Virus record (IMG/VR): IMGVR_UViG_3300021963_007405
Origin: an uncultured virus (IMG/VR IMGVR_UViG_3300021963_007405)
Taxonomy: Duplodnaviria > Heunggongvirae > Uroviricota > Caudoviricetes
DNA: 64,000 bases
Reading direction: 5' to 3' (one strand)
A program made the position numbers and the translations under genes. Positions 36,145-45,613 of this stretch are shown here, piece after piece. The notes beneath the pieces were generated by a model. It did not search any database. It was not told the origin of the DNA and saw only the letters and a list, made by a program, of their open reading frames with translations. How positions within the stretch are numbered: position 1 is the first letter of the stretch; each line of letters begins with the position of its first letter.

Positions 36145-37633
36145 CGTTATCTTTAGCTACAGTTGCGGTTGCGCTTAGAGAATCGACGATATCTCTATAA
36201 TCACCTTTTTCAGTGACACAGAAATTAGCAATTTCTAGGTTAATAAAATTCTTTTTAAGGCTTCCATCGGGAAGTTTTACTGGATTAATAGCTCCAGCAA
36301 TGTCTTTACCCAAATGACGAGCTTTAATATTAATCAATTTATGAGTGCCGTAACCAGCTTCATTCTGTAATTCATCAAATGTTTTCTGACGAAGAATAAA
36401 CATATGAGATGAAAACTGAGTGATTCGATCTGACAGGGAGACAATGCTTTCATCATCAGTTACGTTAGCCGCGCTCTTATTTGTTACAATACCTGCGCGA
36501 TTAGACTGAACTGAAGTCATCATTGAAATACATGGACCTTTGTCGCTCTTAATATCTCTTTGAATACAACGCTTATATTTATCGACCATTTCGCCAACAA
36601 GCTGCCATTCATTTTTGTTGCCGCTATTTTCGCTTGTTGTTTTAATATAATCGAAGCTGAAAATAAGAGGATTGCCTCGACCAATTTTTGAATAATAAAA
36701 ACGCTTCAATACGCTTATTTGAGCATCAACGCTCATTCCGCCAACATTATAATAATAAAGATGCTTGTATCTTTCTTTCAGAGATCGCCAAACCAATCTC
36801 ACGTTATCAACAACTTCTGGACCAGCTTTACGCCAGTTACCGCTTTCAAGAAGATACATTGGAACTTTAGATAAAGCAGCGCACTGTCTAAAGATTAGTT
36901 CTTCTTTACTCATTTCTCCATTATCAAAATGAAGAACTGGAACTTTATATTGCTCAGATACTTTAGTTGTAAAATCTAGACACAATTGAGTTTTACCTAC
37001 ACCAGAGCGAGCAACAATAACTGTAATATTTCCCGGTCTCAAAAGGGAACCATACATATCCTGAGTCTTCGGATAAGGACCGACAAATCCAAATTCAGTA
37101 ACTGGATTATTTCCGCGCTCTTCAATAAGAGCTTCCATTTCATCGAAAATATTCTCAGGCTGATCTGCTCCGGTTTCGTACAAATTAATTTGATCATTAT
37201 AAAGTTTATCAGCAGTTTCAATAATGACGTTGTAATCAGAAGATGGAGATATAGACTTCATCTTCTTGTTGATTTCTGCGCCACACATCGCGATTTCTCG
37301 ACGAATGGTGTATTTCTTTAATTCTTTAGCAACGCTAATTATAGATTCTGGAGAAAGCTTTTTGAGAGACAATGATTCAATATAATCCGACGGATTGATA
37401 TTGTCTTCAAAAGTTACTCCAAAATTCTTTACTCTTTGAGAGATAACTACATCGTCAATTTTTTCACCATTATCTATGGCTTGACGAAGTACGCAAAAAA
37501 TAGTTCTATTTATCTTGGAGCTTTCGCTCCAGAAATCTTTCTCAGTTATGAAAGACGCGACATCAGCGTATCTTTCTGGATATTTAATCAGTCCAGCAAG
37601 CAACTGAGTCTCTAAATCATACGAATAAATCAT
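36119..37633 (-). CDS. dnaB: Replicative helicase
   Basis: ARSGVGKT, EMS, DY, QSNR, KAR. Confidence 0.9.
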   Translation of the reverse strand: MIYSYDLETQLLAGLIKYPERYADVASFITEKDFWSESSKINRTIFCVLRQAIDNGEKIDDVVISQRVKNFGVTFEDNINPSDYIESLSLKKLSPESIISVAKELKKYTIRREIAMCGAEINKKMKSISPSSDYNVIIETADKLYNDQINLYETGADQPENIFDEMEALIEERGNNPVTEFGFVGPYPKTQDMYGSLLRPGNITVIVARSGVGKTQLCLDFTTKVSEQYKVPVLHFDNGEMSKEELIFRQCAALSKVPMYLLESGNWRKAGPEVVDNVRLVWRSLKERYKHLYYYNVGGMSVDAQISVLKRFYYSKIGRGNPLIFSFDYIKTTSENSGNKNEWQLVGEMVDKYKRCIQRDIKSDKGPCISMMTSVQSNRAGIVTNKSAANVTDDESIVSLSDRITQFSSHMFILRQKTFDELQNEAGYGTHKLINIKARHLGKDIAGAINPVKLPDGSLKKNFINLEIANFCVTEKGDYRDIVDSLSATATVAKDNDDDVPNLD

Positions 37634-37642
37634 TCCAACCGC

Positions 37643-37671
37643 ACGTTATCATGGCTCGTCGCTCATGTCAA
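37643..37671 (-). promoter_or_regulatory. Sigma70-type promoter
   Basis: TTGACA-N17-TAACGT, then 9 nt to the dnaB ATG. Confidence 0.55.
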
Positions 37672-37909
37672 TGGAATTTTGCTCGTTGTTGACTTCGTTT
37701 AAATATTTTTCCAAAGCTTTGACGAGTCCCATTTCTACGATTGGGTTGGCAACTTTCGTATAAATCATTGGACATCCACCTTGAGAGACGTAAGCGACTA
37801 TAAATCCTTTAGAGGATTCATCGGAACCAGTAAACTCATATAGCTTATTGAAATAATTTTCAGGAATTTTAAATTGTTTAAAACTCTCTGATTGTGAATC
37901 CTTCTTCAT
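37649..37909 (-). CDS. Hypothetical protein
   Basis: ORF tiling; preceded by GTGTAA. Confidence 0.55.
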   Translation of the reverse strand: MKKDSQSESFKQFKIPENYFNKLYEFTGSDESSKGFIVAYVSQGGCPMIYTKVANPIVEMGLVKALEKYLNEVNNEQNSIDMSDEP

Positions 37910-37910
37910 G

Positions 37911-38324
37911 TTATAATATTACACCTTGACTCTCGAAAAGGTCTTTATTTATTATATCATTTTCAAATATAGTTACAAGTGTTATCTCATTAAGTTCACA
38001 GAAACGTTCTTTTTTCTTATCTCTATTTAGCTGGTGAAGAAAATTCATTCTATTTTCGTGAAAGAATTTAACAAAACCAGTGTGCTGCCTACCTTGAACT
38101 TCTATTGCTATTTTTTTATTAGCATTATAAAAGTCCAAGGTAAGACGAGTTCCAACAATGGGAAATTCTTCAAACACAATATTGTGTTGCCAATAGCCTC
38201 GCAGAAATTTCTTAACTTCAGTTTGAAATTTACTGCGACTATCAGCTTTCCAATCGGTTAGATAGTTGCGAGCGTTTTTGCAACGTTTCTTTTTATTACT
38301 CAGAGATAGAAATTCCATCGCCAA
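37911..38324 (-). CDS. Vsr/DUF559-like endonuclease
   Basis: LDFY...IAIEVQGRQH...RDKKK...C. Confidence 0.75.
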   Translation of the reverse strand: MAMEFLSLSNKKKRCKNARNYLTDWKADSRSKFQTEVKKFLRGYWQHNIVFEEFPIVGTRLTLDFYNANKKIAIEVQGRQHTGFVKFFHENRMNFLHQLNRDKKKERFCELNEITLVTIFENDIINKDLFESQGVIL

Positions 38325-39465
38325 AATTTAGTAGGTTTTCGCTGATATACTTAAAGAAGAAATTCTTAAGTTTTTCATTGTCGTTGACAATTTGTTCAAA
38401 CTTAGCTGCTCCTTGAATTTGAGCAGGAAATTCTGTAAAGCCAGCTTCCTTTAAAGTATTAAGAAATTCTTCATCAAAACTAATCCAAGCACCTTTCTTG
38501 ATGGCGATTTCCCACATAGTTAGAAAATCAAAGATTTCTTTTTCTACCCAATTAGAAGTGCCATTCTTTCTTCCATATTTAATTGGATATCGAATAGTGC
38601 AGTTAGTTCTTTCATTTGGAGACTTCTTAACAACGATCTTCACAAAGTGTCCAAGATATGGATTCTTTTGCTCATCGTAAGAAGCATTAGGATCTTCAAG
38701 AATTAGATCGCCTTTAAAACGGGCATCGAATTCAAAAATCCAATTAGCAAAATGCAGCAAAGCATTACCACCTGTAGCAGTGGTTTGACGAATTGGAGCC
38801 TTGCTGTATGGATCAAGCTTGATGTCAGCGCGAACTTGAGAAATAAATACTGCAATATGCCCACGCTTTTGAAGTGCAATAGACATGCGCTTCATAAGAT
38901 CTGCTGCGATTACTGCGCCGCCAGCGACCTTTTGCGACTCTTCAAATGTTTTATCAAGATCTCCTTTTCTAATTAGACCGTCCACAGAATCTAACAGAAA
39001 GAAATACATCATCTTCTCGTCGTTCTTACCAACTAGTTCTCGCATTGCATCAAATACAGTTTCATGAATATTCGATTCAAAAACGAAACATGTACCTTCA
39101 ACCCAGTCTTCTTCATTAAATACGAACTTAACTCCAGAGCGAGTAATCATTTCATTACTCAATCGACCTTCAGCTTTGATATAAAAGCCTTTACGCTTCT
39201 TAGGTTGATCTAAAAAGTTTTTCATGAATTGAAGAGCGCAACTTGTTTTGCCTCCTTCATTGATTCCGCAGAATCGATGTAATCCGGTTCCGATACCACC
39301 AGCTAGAAAGTAATCAAGCAGAAGACTGCCGCTTGAAACCTTGTAGTCTATAGTTGGTTCATAATTATAATGAGACTCTTTGTTGTTCTTCAAGAAACTC
39401 TTTAGTTGGTCTTGAGACGTAGTGATTTTGCCGCTATCTACTTCTTCTTTATTCTTTTTACTCAT
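38296..39465 (-). CDS. recA: RecA/UvsX-like recombinase
   Basis: SSGSLLLD, GxxxGGKTS, LDSV, ISQVR, TGGNAL. Confidence 0.88.
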   Translation of the reverse strand: MSKKNKEEVDSGKITTSQDQLKSFLKNNKESHYNYEPTIDYKVSSGSLLLDYFLAGGIGTGLHRFCGINEGGKTSCALQFMKNFLDQPKKRKGFYIKAEGRLSNEMITRSGVKFVFNEEDWVEGTCFVFESNIHETVFDAMRELVGKNDEKMMYFFLLDSVDGLIRKGDLDKTFEESQKVAGGAVIAADLMKRMSIALQKRGHIAVFISQVRADIKLDPYSKAPIRQTTATGGNALLHFANWIFEFDARFKGDLILEDPNASYDEQKNPYLGHFVKIVVKKSPNERTNCTIRYPIKYGRKNGTSNWVEKEIFDFLTMWEIAIKKGAWISFDEEFLNTLKEAGFTEFPAQIQGAAKFEQIVNDNEKLKNFFFKYISENLLNFGDGISISE

Positions 39466-39809
39466 TTTAGAAAGTCTTTAATTGTTTTTGGTTTTACTGC
39501 TATATTATAGTCTTGTCCAGCCTTTTCGCCAATGTTTATTTCAACATTTTTGTATTGAGGTTCGTAGTGAAAATCGCGATATTTTTTTTCAATATCTTTC
39601 ATATCCATAGCGATATGAATAGCTAAAGAGTTGACTTGTTGAAAAGAACTTTTAAGCCAAAAATCTTCACTTGGAAATTTCTGAAGAATTCTTTTTAGTA
39701 AAGTATATTCTTTAGTCATGAATTCTTTACTTGGTTTAACAGGTCTAAAAACTAATTTAAAAAGAATTTCTTTTTTATTCAGTTTTTTAGTTGTTTTGTT
39801 CTTTGCCAC
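39462..39809 (-). CDS. Hypothetical protein
   Basis: GTG start 6 nt after a -10 box. Confidence 0.55.
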   Translation of the reverse strand: MAKNKTTKKLNKKEILFKLVFRPVKPSKEFMTKEYTLLKRILQKFPSEDFWLKSSFQQVNSLAIHIAMDMKDIEKKYRDFHYEPQYKNVEINIGEKAGQDYNIAVKPKTIKDFLK

Positions 39810-39815
39810 ACCGTG

Positions 39816-39844
39816 ATAGTGGCATGAAAAACTTCATAAGTCAA
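39816..39844 (-). promoter_or_regulatory. Sigma70-type leaderless promoter
   Basis: TTGACT-N17-CACTAT, then 6 nt to GTG. Confidence 0.5.
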
Positions 39845-39848
39845 CAGC

Positions 39849-39875
39849 AAAAAACCGTCAGTTTCCTGACGGTTT
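39849..39875 (-). terminator. Intrinsic terminator
   Basis: AAACCGTCAG-GAAA-CTGACGGTTT followed by a T-run. Confidence 0.85.
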
Positions 39876-39893
39876 CTTTTAATTTATTATTTA

Positions 39894-40424
39894 TTAAGCT
39901 TTTGGATCGAAGCCAGCACTTTGAAGATCAGGATTTTTAGGAGCAGATTTTTCTTGCTCTGCTTTTAGCTTTTCATCTATCTTCAAACCTTCGATGGCTG
40001 CATCTGGGGTAATGTTTCCTGATGGAGCGGCGGGAGTTTCTGGAAAAACGGCTAACTGAGCGGCTTCAGACTTTTCAGATTCTGGAGATTCACCAGCTTC
40101 TTTCTTACCTTCGTCATTCAAATTACCCTTCTTTTGCATTCTCTTTAAAATAGCTTTTTGAAGGGCTGGAGGAAGAGTCTTTTGTTTCTCTGTAAGTTGA
40201 CCGGCCATTTCATTGAGCATTGGGCGATTCTTCATGTACGACATTCCGCACATATACTTAGCATCGCTTGTACTCATGCCAGCGGTGTTGGTTAAAGATT
40301 CATCTTTGAGCATACATTCGCTCATGTATTCGCTGTGCATTTCCATTTCATCTTCTTCTATCATGCTTGAAAGTGAAACTTCAGCGACGAAATTTTTATT
40401 ATCGAATTTTAGATTAGATTTCAT
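39894..40424 (-). CDS. Putative virion/head-internal protein
   Basis: EYMSECM..C module and LTEKQKTLPPALQKAIL motif. Confidence 0.45.
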   Translation of the reverse strand: MKSNLKFDNKNFVAEVSLSSMIEEDEMEMHSEYMSECMLKDESLTNTAGMSTSDAKYMCGMSYMKNRPMLNEMAGQLTEKQKTLPPALQKAILKRMQKKGNLNDEGKKEAGESPESEKSEAAQLAVFPETPAAPSGNITPDAAIEGLKIDEKLKAEQEKSAPKNPDLQSAGFDPKA

Positions 40425-40425
40425 A

Positions 40426-41298
40426 TTATTTGTTACCTTCTAGGATTTTAATTTGGTTTATTGTTTTTGTTAAAATATCACCCTTTTTGAAATTAGCTCC
40501 TTCGTTAATGACTTCATAAGCAACTACTTTGCCCATATCATTTGGGAGATCTTTAATTTCTTTAATAAAGCCTTCGCTGTTGTAGTGTTTACAAGAAGCG
40601 TTAATATTTAATACGCGCATACCAGCTTCCATTTCATTCTCAACTTCCATTTCTTTTTCGTCTTCTTTTTGAGAATAAACAAGATAGTTGTATACAGCGA
40701 AAAGATAATCTTCCATCAATGTGATTTTGCTTTGAACCCAAGGTTCAATTTCTTCAGTCATAGATGGATTGGCGCGAAGCTTTTCAAGAAGATCTTTAGA
40801 ATTATCTGCTATGTAAGCCAATTGAGCCATAGCCATTTCAGCAGCTTCTTCGTTTCCTTCTTCAGACTCGTTCTCAATTTCTTCAGTAATTTCTTGAGCT
40901 TGAGATAAATGTGGAGCTATTTTAAGAAGATCAGCTTCTTCCCAAAGAGTGATGCCGTCCCATTGATGAACAACGTCATCTATAGATCCTTTTGTAGTAT
41001 AATCGGTAACTGATTTTTTAGATTCCCACATTTTGCAGGACCAATATTTAGCTTTCCAACGAGGGCCGGGATTAGTGTCGCATTGATGGCGAGCGCGAAA
41101 ACTCTTTCTACGGGCTGGATCGTCGCGCTTAATCTCCATATTTGGATCACCGAAGTTCACCTTTACGACATTGCCTTTTTCATTTTTAACGTAAACAGAA
41201 AACTTCTTAGGCCCTTTTGAGGTTCTGAAAGGCTTGTTTAAAGCTTTCTTGTCTTTTGCGGCGCGAATCTCGTTGCTAAAATTTACCGATATATTCAT
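40426..41298 (-). CDS. Modular putative head-internal protein
   Basis: KKFSVYVK...FGDPNM...RKSFRARHQC...YWSC module plus MAMAQL...WVQSKIT module, both familiar from T4-like aquatic phages. Confidence 0.55.
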   Translation of the reverse strand: MNISVNFSNEIRAAKDKKALNKPFRTSKGPKKFSVYVKNEKGNVVKVNFGDPNMEIKRDDPARRKSFRARHQCDTNPGPRWKAKYWSCKMWESKKSVTDYTTKGSIDDVVHQWDGITLWEEADLLKIAPHLSQAQEITEEIENESEEGNEEAAEMAMAQLAYIADNSKDLLEKLRANPSMTEEIEPWVQSKITLMEDYLFAVYNYLVYSQKEDEKEMEVENEMEAGMRVLNINASCKHYNSEGFIKEIKDLPNDMGKVVAYEVINEGANFKKGDILTKTINQIKILEGNK

Positions 41299-41302
41299 TG
41301 TT

Positions 41303-41668
41303 TTACTTTAAAGTTAATAGATATTTGGTTTTATTTACAGATCCAAGCATTTCATCTCTAAGATTTAAAAGATCTGTATCTTTTCTTGAATCAAGCATAG
41401 TGGGAAGTTCATCAATTAAATAAGCTGCTATTTGATTCATGAAATCCATTGGAGATAGAGTGGCATAATTTTGAAGAGCTAGGCTAAAATTGTTTTGCGC
41501 TACTATTCTACCGTATTTGCCCATGAATATTTCTACGAATTCGTCAATATGCCCAGAAAGATCTCCATATAAACCATCTAAAGTTTTATGCTCAGAGTAA
41601 GATGTCGTTTGCCAATGTAATATTTTTACTTGGTTTTGAAACGTTAATAGTTTGGAAACGATATTCAT
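41303..41668 (-). CDS. Ferritin/Dps-like four-helix-bundle protein
   Basis: HWQT..YSEHK.L...ID.FVE...GR; YLLTL. Confidence 0.7.
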   Translation of the reverse strand: MNIVSKLLTFQNQVKILHWQTTSYSEHKTLDGLYGDLSGHIDEFVEIFMGKYGRIVAQNNFSLALQNYATLSPMDFMNQIAAYLIDELPTMLDSRKDTDLLNLRDEMLGSVNKTKYLLTLK

Positions 41669-41669
41669 T

Positions 41670-41810
41670 TTAATCGAATAGTTCTTCTCTGTAATTTAAA
41701 TTTTGTTCATCTTCATTTACACCAAATTCTTTTAAATCAGAAAAAGCTTGAACAAATTCTTCTTCGTCAAAATCATCGTAATGATATATATCTACTATCT
41801 TATCATTCAT
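41670..41810 (-). CDS. 46 aa acidic protein (not in ORF track)
   Basis: MNDKIVDIYHYDDFDEEEFVQAFSDLKEFGVNEDEQNLNYREELFD; exactly fills the gap between neighbours. Confidence 0.6.
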   Translation of the reverse strand: MNDKIVDIYHYDDFDEEEFVQAFSDLKEFGVNEDEQNLNYREELFD

Positions 41811-41814
41811 ATTA

Positions 41815-42285
41815 TTAGTTAGCTATATCTTGATCTGCGCGACGATAAGCATCTTTGACTTTACCTCCGCTTTGCATTCTTAAAAATGTATTCACTCTCG
41901 CTAAAGCCCAAGCCGCTCTTGATTTACCGGGACGATGACTTGAACTAAAAGCTCCTAAACCTCTTCTATAAACTTTTTTTAATTGGCTGAGTGTAACTTT
42001 TTTAGAATATTTTGCATTATGATTTTTAACTTTTTCTTTTAAAGTGTTTGTTACTTTTTCACTGAAAGTGATCTCAGCTTGACTAATTAATTGTTTATCA
42101 TCTTTTCTTTTTAGAACTTCTTTAGCTCTTTCTTTAGCTTCTGGAGTTGTTCCAGCAGATCCAGGTTCGTTTATATTTGAACCTTTCTTTTTCTCTTCTG
42201 GTTTAGCTGGAGTTTGAGCAGAGCTTTTAGGCCCTTGTCTTTTCTTCGCAGCTATTTCTTGGCTAAAATCTAGTACTAAATTCAT
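41815..42285 (-). CDS. Basic putative virion protein
   Basis: LKKVYRRGLGAF..SHRPG...WALARVN module. Confidence 0.6.
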   Translation of the reverse strand: MNLVLDFSQEIAAKKRQGPKSSAQTPAKPEEKKKGSNINEPGSAGTTPEAKERAKEVLKRKDDKQLISQAEITFSEKVTNTLKEKVKNHNAKYSKKVTLSQLKKVYRRGLGAFSSSHRPGKSRAAWALARVNTFLRMQSGGKVKDAYRRADQDIAN

Positions 42286-42317
42286 ATCATTTATTACACA
42301 AGATAATTAAGTGTTAG

Positions 42318-42350
42318 AAAAAAGAAAGCCGCTTTTTAGGGCGGCTTTCT
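42318..42350 (-). terminator. Intrinsic terminator
   Basis: AGAAAGCCGC-N8-GCGGCTTTCT followed by a T-run. Confidence 0.8.
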
Positions 42351-42367
42351 CGTTGTTGTGTTTTATA

Positions 42368-42508
42368 TTACTTCTTCTTACCGCCGCTTGGCTTTGCTGG
42401 CGCGGCTGGCTTGCTTGCTGGCTTTGCGGCCTTGGCTGAAGCGGTAACTACCTTAGCGGCAGTCTTTGAAGTGTTCTTTACTGTAGTCTTAGCTGTAGTC
42501 TTGCTCAT
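42368..42508 (-). CDS. 46 aa Lys/Ala/Pro-rich histone H1-like protein (not in ORF track)
   Basis: MSKTTAKTTVKNTSKTAAKVVTASAKAAKPASKPAAPAKPSGGKKK; promoter-like signal upstream and terminator downstream. Confidence 0.75.
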   Translation of the reverse strand: MSKTTAKTTVKNTSKTAAKVVTASAKAAKPASKPAAPAKPSGGKKK

Positions 42509-42556
42509 ATTTGTATATGTGATTTATGTTATATTTGTGAAAATGTTTTTCAACTT

Positions 42557-44539
42557 TTATCTGATTGGACACGCACCGCCAGCGCATTCAGCCATGTCTA
42601 GCATTTCTGAACTGTTGGTTGTGATGTTTGTAAGAGGTTTAACTTTAGCATTAGCTGCTAGATAAGCTGTCTGATCAATTTCTTGATATGGAGCTTGCTT
42701 GAAGCCGTGATCCTTAAATAGAAGGAAGCTAACGCTCTTGATATTATGTTCGTAATTATCCTTTAGCCAAATCTTGAGAGATTCAAGTTCTTCTGGCTTA
42801 TAATAAGCAGTTACAGAAACAGCGTTGTCTGACCAGATGGTTTGTAGTTTCTTAACCATATCAAGCTGCTTGATAACATCCATATCCTTTGTAAGGATAG
42901 ATCCTTCGGGGGTCTTGCATGGGAAATAAACAACAACAGTATCGCGATTTTCTGTTCCATCGAAATTCACAAGGAATTCTACATGATATCCCATATCTTT
43001 GCAGGTTTGAACCAAAGCGTCAGAACTGGACATACGAACTGTACGCATATAATACTGACTGAAGGCAGGATGAACACCGGGAGTAGCTCCACCAAGTAGA
43101 CTTAATGTTCCGCTTGGTTTAATAGTCGTGAGCTTGATGCTTTCAGACCAGCCACGATGCTTGCTCCAAGACTTGTCAAAATTGCGTAGAGCAACATAGC
43201 AATCGTCAAGCCAATCAAGCTTATCAAGAGACTGGCACACACCAGTAACGCCAAGACCAAGGCGCATATTCTTGTGAACGATGCGATTAGTCTCTTCATG
43301 AATGAATGGAAGAGCAGCGATAGCTTTTTGAGTCTTATAAAGAAGTTTTGCACAGTCAATTAGTTCCTCTTTTGAGGTAATGTTGTTTAGATATAGCTCT
43401 GAAAGATTGCAGCATTCATAATTTGAAAGACTGATCTCAGCGCATGGGTTGGTCATTTCGCAATTATCAGTATCAGTTGGATATAGAAGATTTTGTGAGA
43501 TAGGTCCATCTTTAATGCGGCCAAACTTTTGAGAAAGAGGAAGGTTAAAGAATCCATAAGGCTCGCCATTTGCATAACCAGAATCCTTATTAATTTCGTA
43601 ACCATTCTTCCAGATCTCTTCAAGAACATGATCATAACTATCTGCATAGATAGTATTATTGCTCATGGCTCGCCAGTTGGGAACGTTACCAGAACCCCAA
43701 TTCTTAGCGCGAAGATAAAGAATGTCGTCTGGATCGCCTAGTGCAATTTCTGCGCTACGACGTACATTACCAGCGACAACAACGCTGCCAATAATATTGC
43801 AGATGTCCAACACATCAATTGAGCGAAGCTTTTTGCCTTCGCGAGCTTGGAAGATCTTTGTGATCTTATCGATTCCGTCAATAAGGATTTGTGGGCCACT
43901 AGCTTTTCCGCCAAAGCCCTTGATTGGCTCGCCGTAACCTCTGATGAGAATAGTCGAGTACGAAAACGACTTACCTGTAACGTAAAAAGCATCCAGAACT
44001 TTAGAAAGTAAATTAACCCAACCTTCGCGTTTATCTGGCACAATATAATCAGCGTCTTTAGTTGCTTCATGAATAACTGTTACACTTTTCTTGATCTTTG
44101 GAAGCTCATGCACATCTTCGCGACGAATGCTGTAACCAACGCCGCCACCAAGCATAAGATTCTCAAAAAGGAAAAGAAAAGCCTTTGGTTCACGCATTGC
44201 TGTAGCCCAGCAATTAAGAAGAGAGTTAGCTCCAAAACGATCTACTGTCGAAGTGCCAAGCTGCCAAAGCATTCGGCCAGCAAAATTACACTTCAAATTA
44301 AAAACGTAATCATAAATACGTTCTGCTTCTTCTGGAGTATATTGTGCGCCAATCTTTTGTGCGCCATTAATACAACGTTCTACGGTTTCATTCCACTCTT
44401 CAGTAGTTCCATCTTCTTTTAGACGAGCATACGTTCTCTTGTATACTATATATCCAAGTCCATTAAAACCCCAGTTGGGTTGCTTGTTTTTATATTTGGC
44501 GAGAAAAGATGGCGAAAGAATATTTAAATTATCACTCAT
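42557..44539 (-). CDS. nrdJ: Class II (B12-dependent) ribonucleotide reductase, monomeric type
   Basis: LNCW, NPCAEI, KPSGT, C-terminal CAGGACP. Confidence 0.92.
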   Translation of the reverse strand: MSDNLNILSPSFLAKYKNKQPNWGFNGLGYIVYKRTYARLKEDGTTEEWNETVERCINGAQKIGAQYTPEEAERIYDYVFNLKCNFAGRMLWQLGTSTVDRFGANSLLNCWATAMREPKAFLFLFENLMLGGGVGYSIRREDVHELPKIKKSVTVIHEATKDADYIVPDKREGWVNLLSKVLDAFYVTGKSFSYSTILIRGYGEPIKGFGGKASGPQILIDGIDKITKIFQAREGKKLRSIDVLDICNIIGSVVVAGNVRRSAEIALGDPDDILYLRAKNWGSGNVPNWRAMSNNTIYADSYDHVLEEIWKNGYEINKDSGYANGEPYGFFNLPLSQKFGRIKDGPISQNLLYPTDTDNCEMTNPCAEISLSNYECCNLSELYLNNITSKEELIDCAKLLYKTQKAIAALPFIHEETNRIVHKNMRLGLGVTGVCQSLDKLDWLDDCYVALRNFDKSWSKHRGWSESIKLTTIKPSGTLSLLGGATPGVHPAFSQYYMRTVRMSSSDALVQTCKDMGYHVEFLVNFDGTENRDTVVVYFPCKTPEGSILTKDMDVIKQLDMVKKLQTIWSDNAVSVTAYYKPEELESLKIWLKDNYEHNIKSVSFLLFKDHGFKQAPYQEIDQTAYLAANAKVKPLTNITTNSSEMLDMAECAGGACPIR

Positions 44540-44557
44540 GGTAAAGAGTATTATACA

Positions 44558-45613
44558 CTAGATTTTAAAATTATCTATGTCATACTTTACCATACGTTCT
44601 ACAAGGTTGTCAAACGAAATTTTTGGATTCCAGTCTAATTCTTCTCTTGCTGGAGTTGAGTCGCCAAATAAAAGATCAACTTCAGCAGGTCTGTAAAATT
44701 TAGGATTAATTTTAATTAAAACTGATGATTGAGGTTCATTTTTAATAGCATATTCAGTAGATACGCTCATTTGTTCCTCTTGTCCATGTCCATGCCAAAT
44801 GCCTTGTATACCAGAGCTATGAAAAGATTTATTAATAAATTCTCTAATTGTATGCGTTTCGTTGCTCGAAAGAACATAGTCTTTAGGTGATTTTTGGTTC
44901 ATGATTTTCCAAACTCCTTCAACGAAATCTTCAGAATCAGACCAGTCTCTTTTTGCATCTAAATTTCCAAGCTCAATTGGAGCAAATGGTTTATTATTTT
45001 TAATGGCGTGATAAATGCGAGCCACGCCTTTAGTAATTTTTCTTGTAACAAATTCTTCTCCGCGTTTAGTTCCTTCATGATTAAAAAGAATGCAATGTAC
45101 AGCGTATAAATTATAAGATTCACGATAAACCTTAACAAGATGACGAGCGGCAGCTTTGCTCGCACCGTATGGGCTTCTAGGTCTTACGGGATGATGAATG
45201 TCTTGTGGGGTATACTGTACATCTCCGAATTCTTCACTAGATCCAGCAGAATAAAAACGACATTTAGGCTGAAATCTACGAATAGCTTCTAGACATCTCG
45301 CTACACCATTGGCATTCACATCAAAAGTTTGAAGAGGAATTTCCCAACTGCATCCAACAAAACTTTGAGCAGCAAAATTAATAAAATAATCAGGCTGAAT
45401 ATCTCTCACCAGATTATCTAGACTAACGCTATCAGCCAAATCTCCATAAACCAATTGAAATCTTTCATTATTAATAAAAGATCTACAATTAACAAAATTA
45501 GGATTCGATGTGCGCCGAATCATGCCAAAAATCTTAGCTTCAGTATTCTTTAGAAGATACTCGACCATGTTTGCACCATCTTGACCTAATATGCCAGTTA
45601 CTATTACTTTCAT
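44558..45613 (-). CDS. gmd: GDP-mannose 4,6-dehydratase
   Basis: TGILGQDG, AQSFV, SPYGASK, FNHE, FVTRKI. Confidence 0.95.
   Translation of the reverse strand: MKVIVTGILGQDGANMVEYLLKNTEAKIFGMIRRTSNPNFVNCRSFINNERFQLVYGDLADSVSLDNLVRDIQPDYFINFAAQSFVGCSWEIPLQTFDVNANGVARCLEAIRRFQPKCRFYSAGSSEEFGDVQYTPQDIHHPVRPRSPYGASKAAARHLVKVYRESYNLYAVHCILFNHEGTKRGEEFVTRKITKGVARIYHAIKNNKPFAPIELGNLDAKRDWSDSEDFVEGVWKIMNQKSPKDYVLSSNETHTIREFINKSFHSSGIQGIWHGHGQEEQMSVSTEYAIKNEPQSSVLIKINPKFYRPAEVDLLFGDSTPAREELDWNPKISFDNLVERMVKYDIDNFKI

Noticed and set aside
42411..42665. Plus-strand hydrophobic 84 aa ORF
   Set aside because: Antisense to the histone-like gene and the nrdJ 3' end; its hydrophobicity mirrors the Lys-rich codons
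30072..44539. Inteins or introns in dnaE, dnaB, recA or nrdJ
   Set aside because: Lengths are ordinary and no splicing motifs or homing endonuclease inserts were seen
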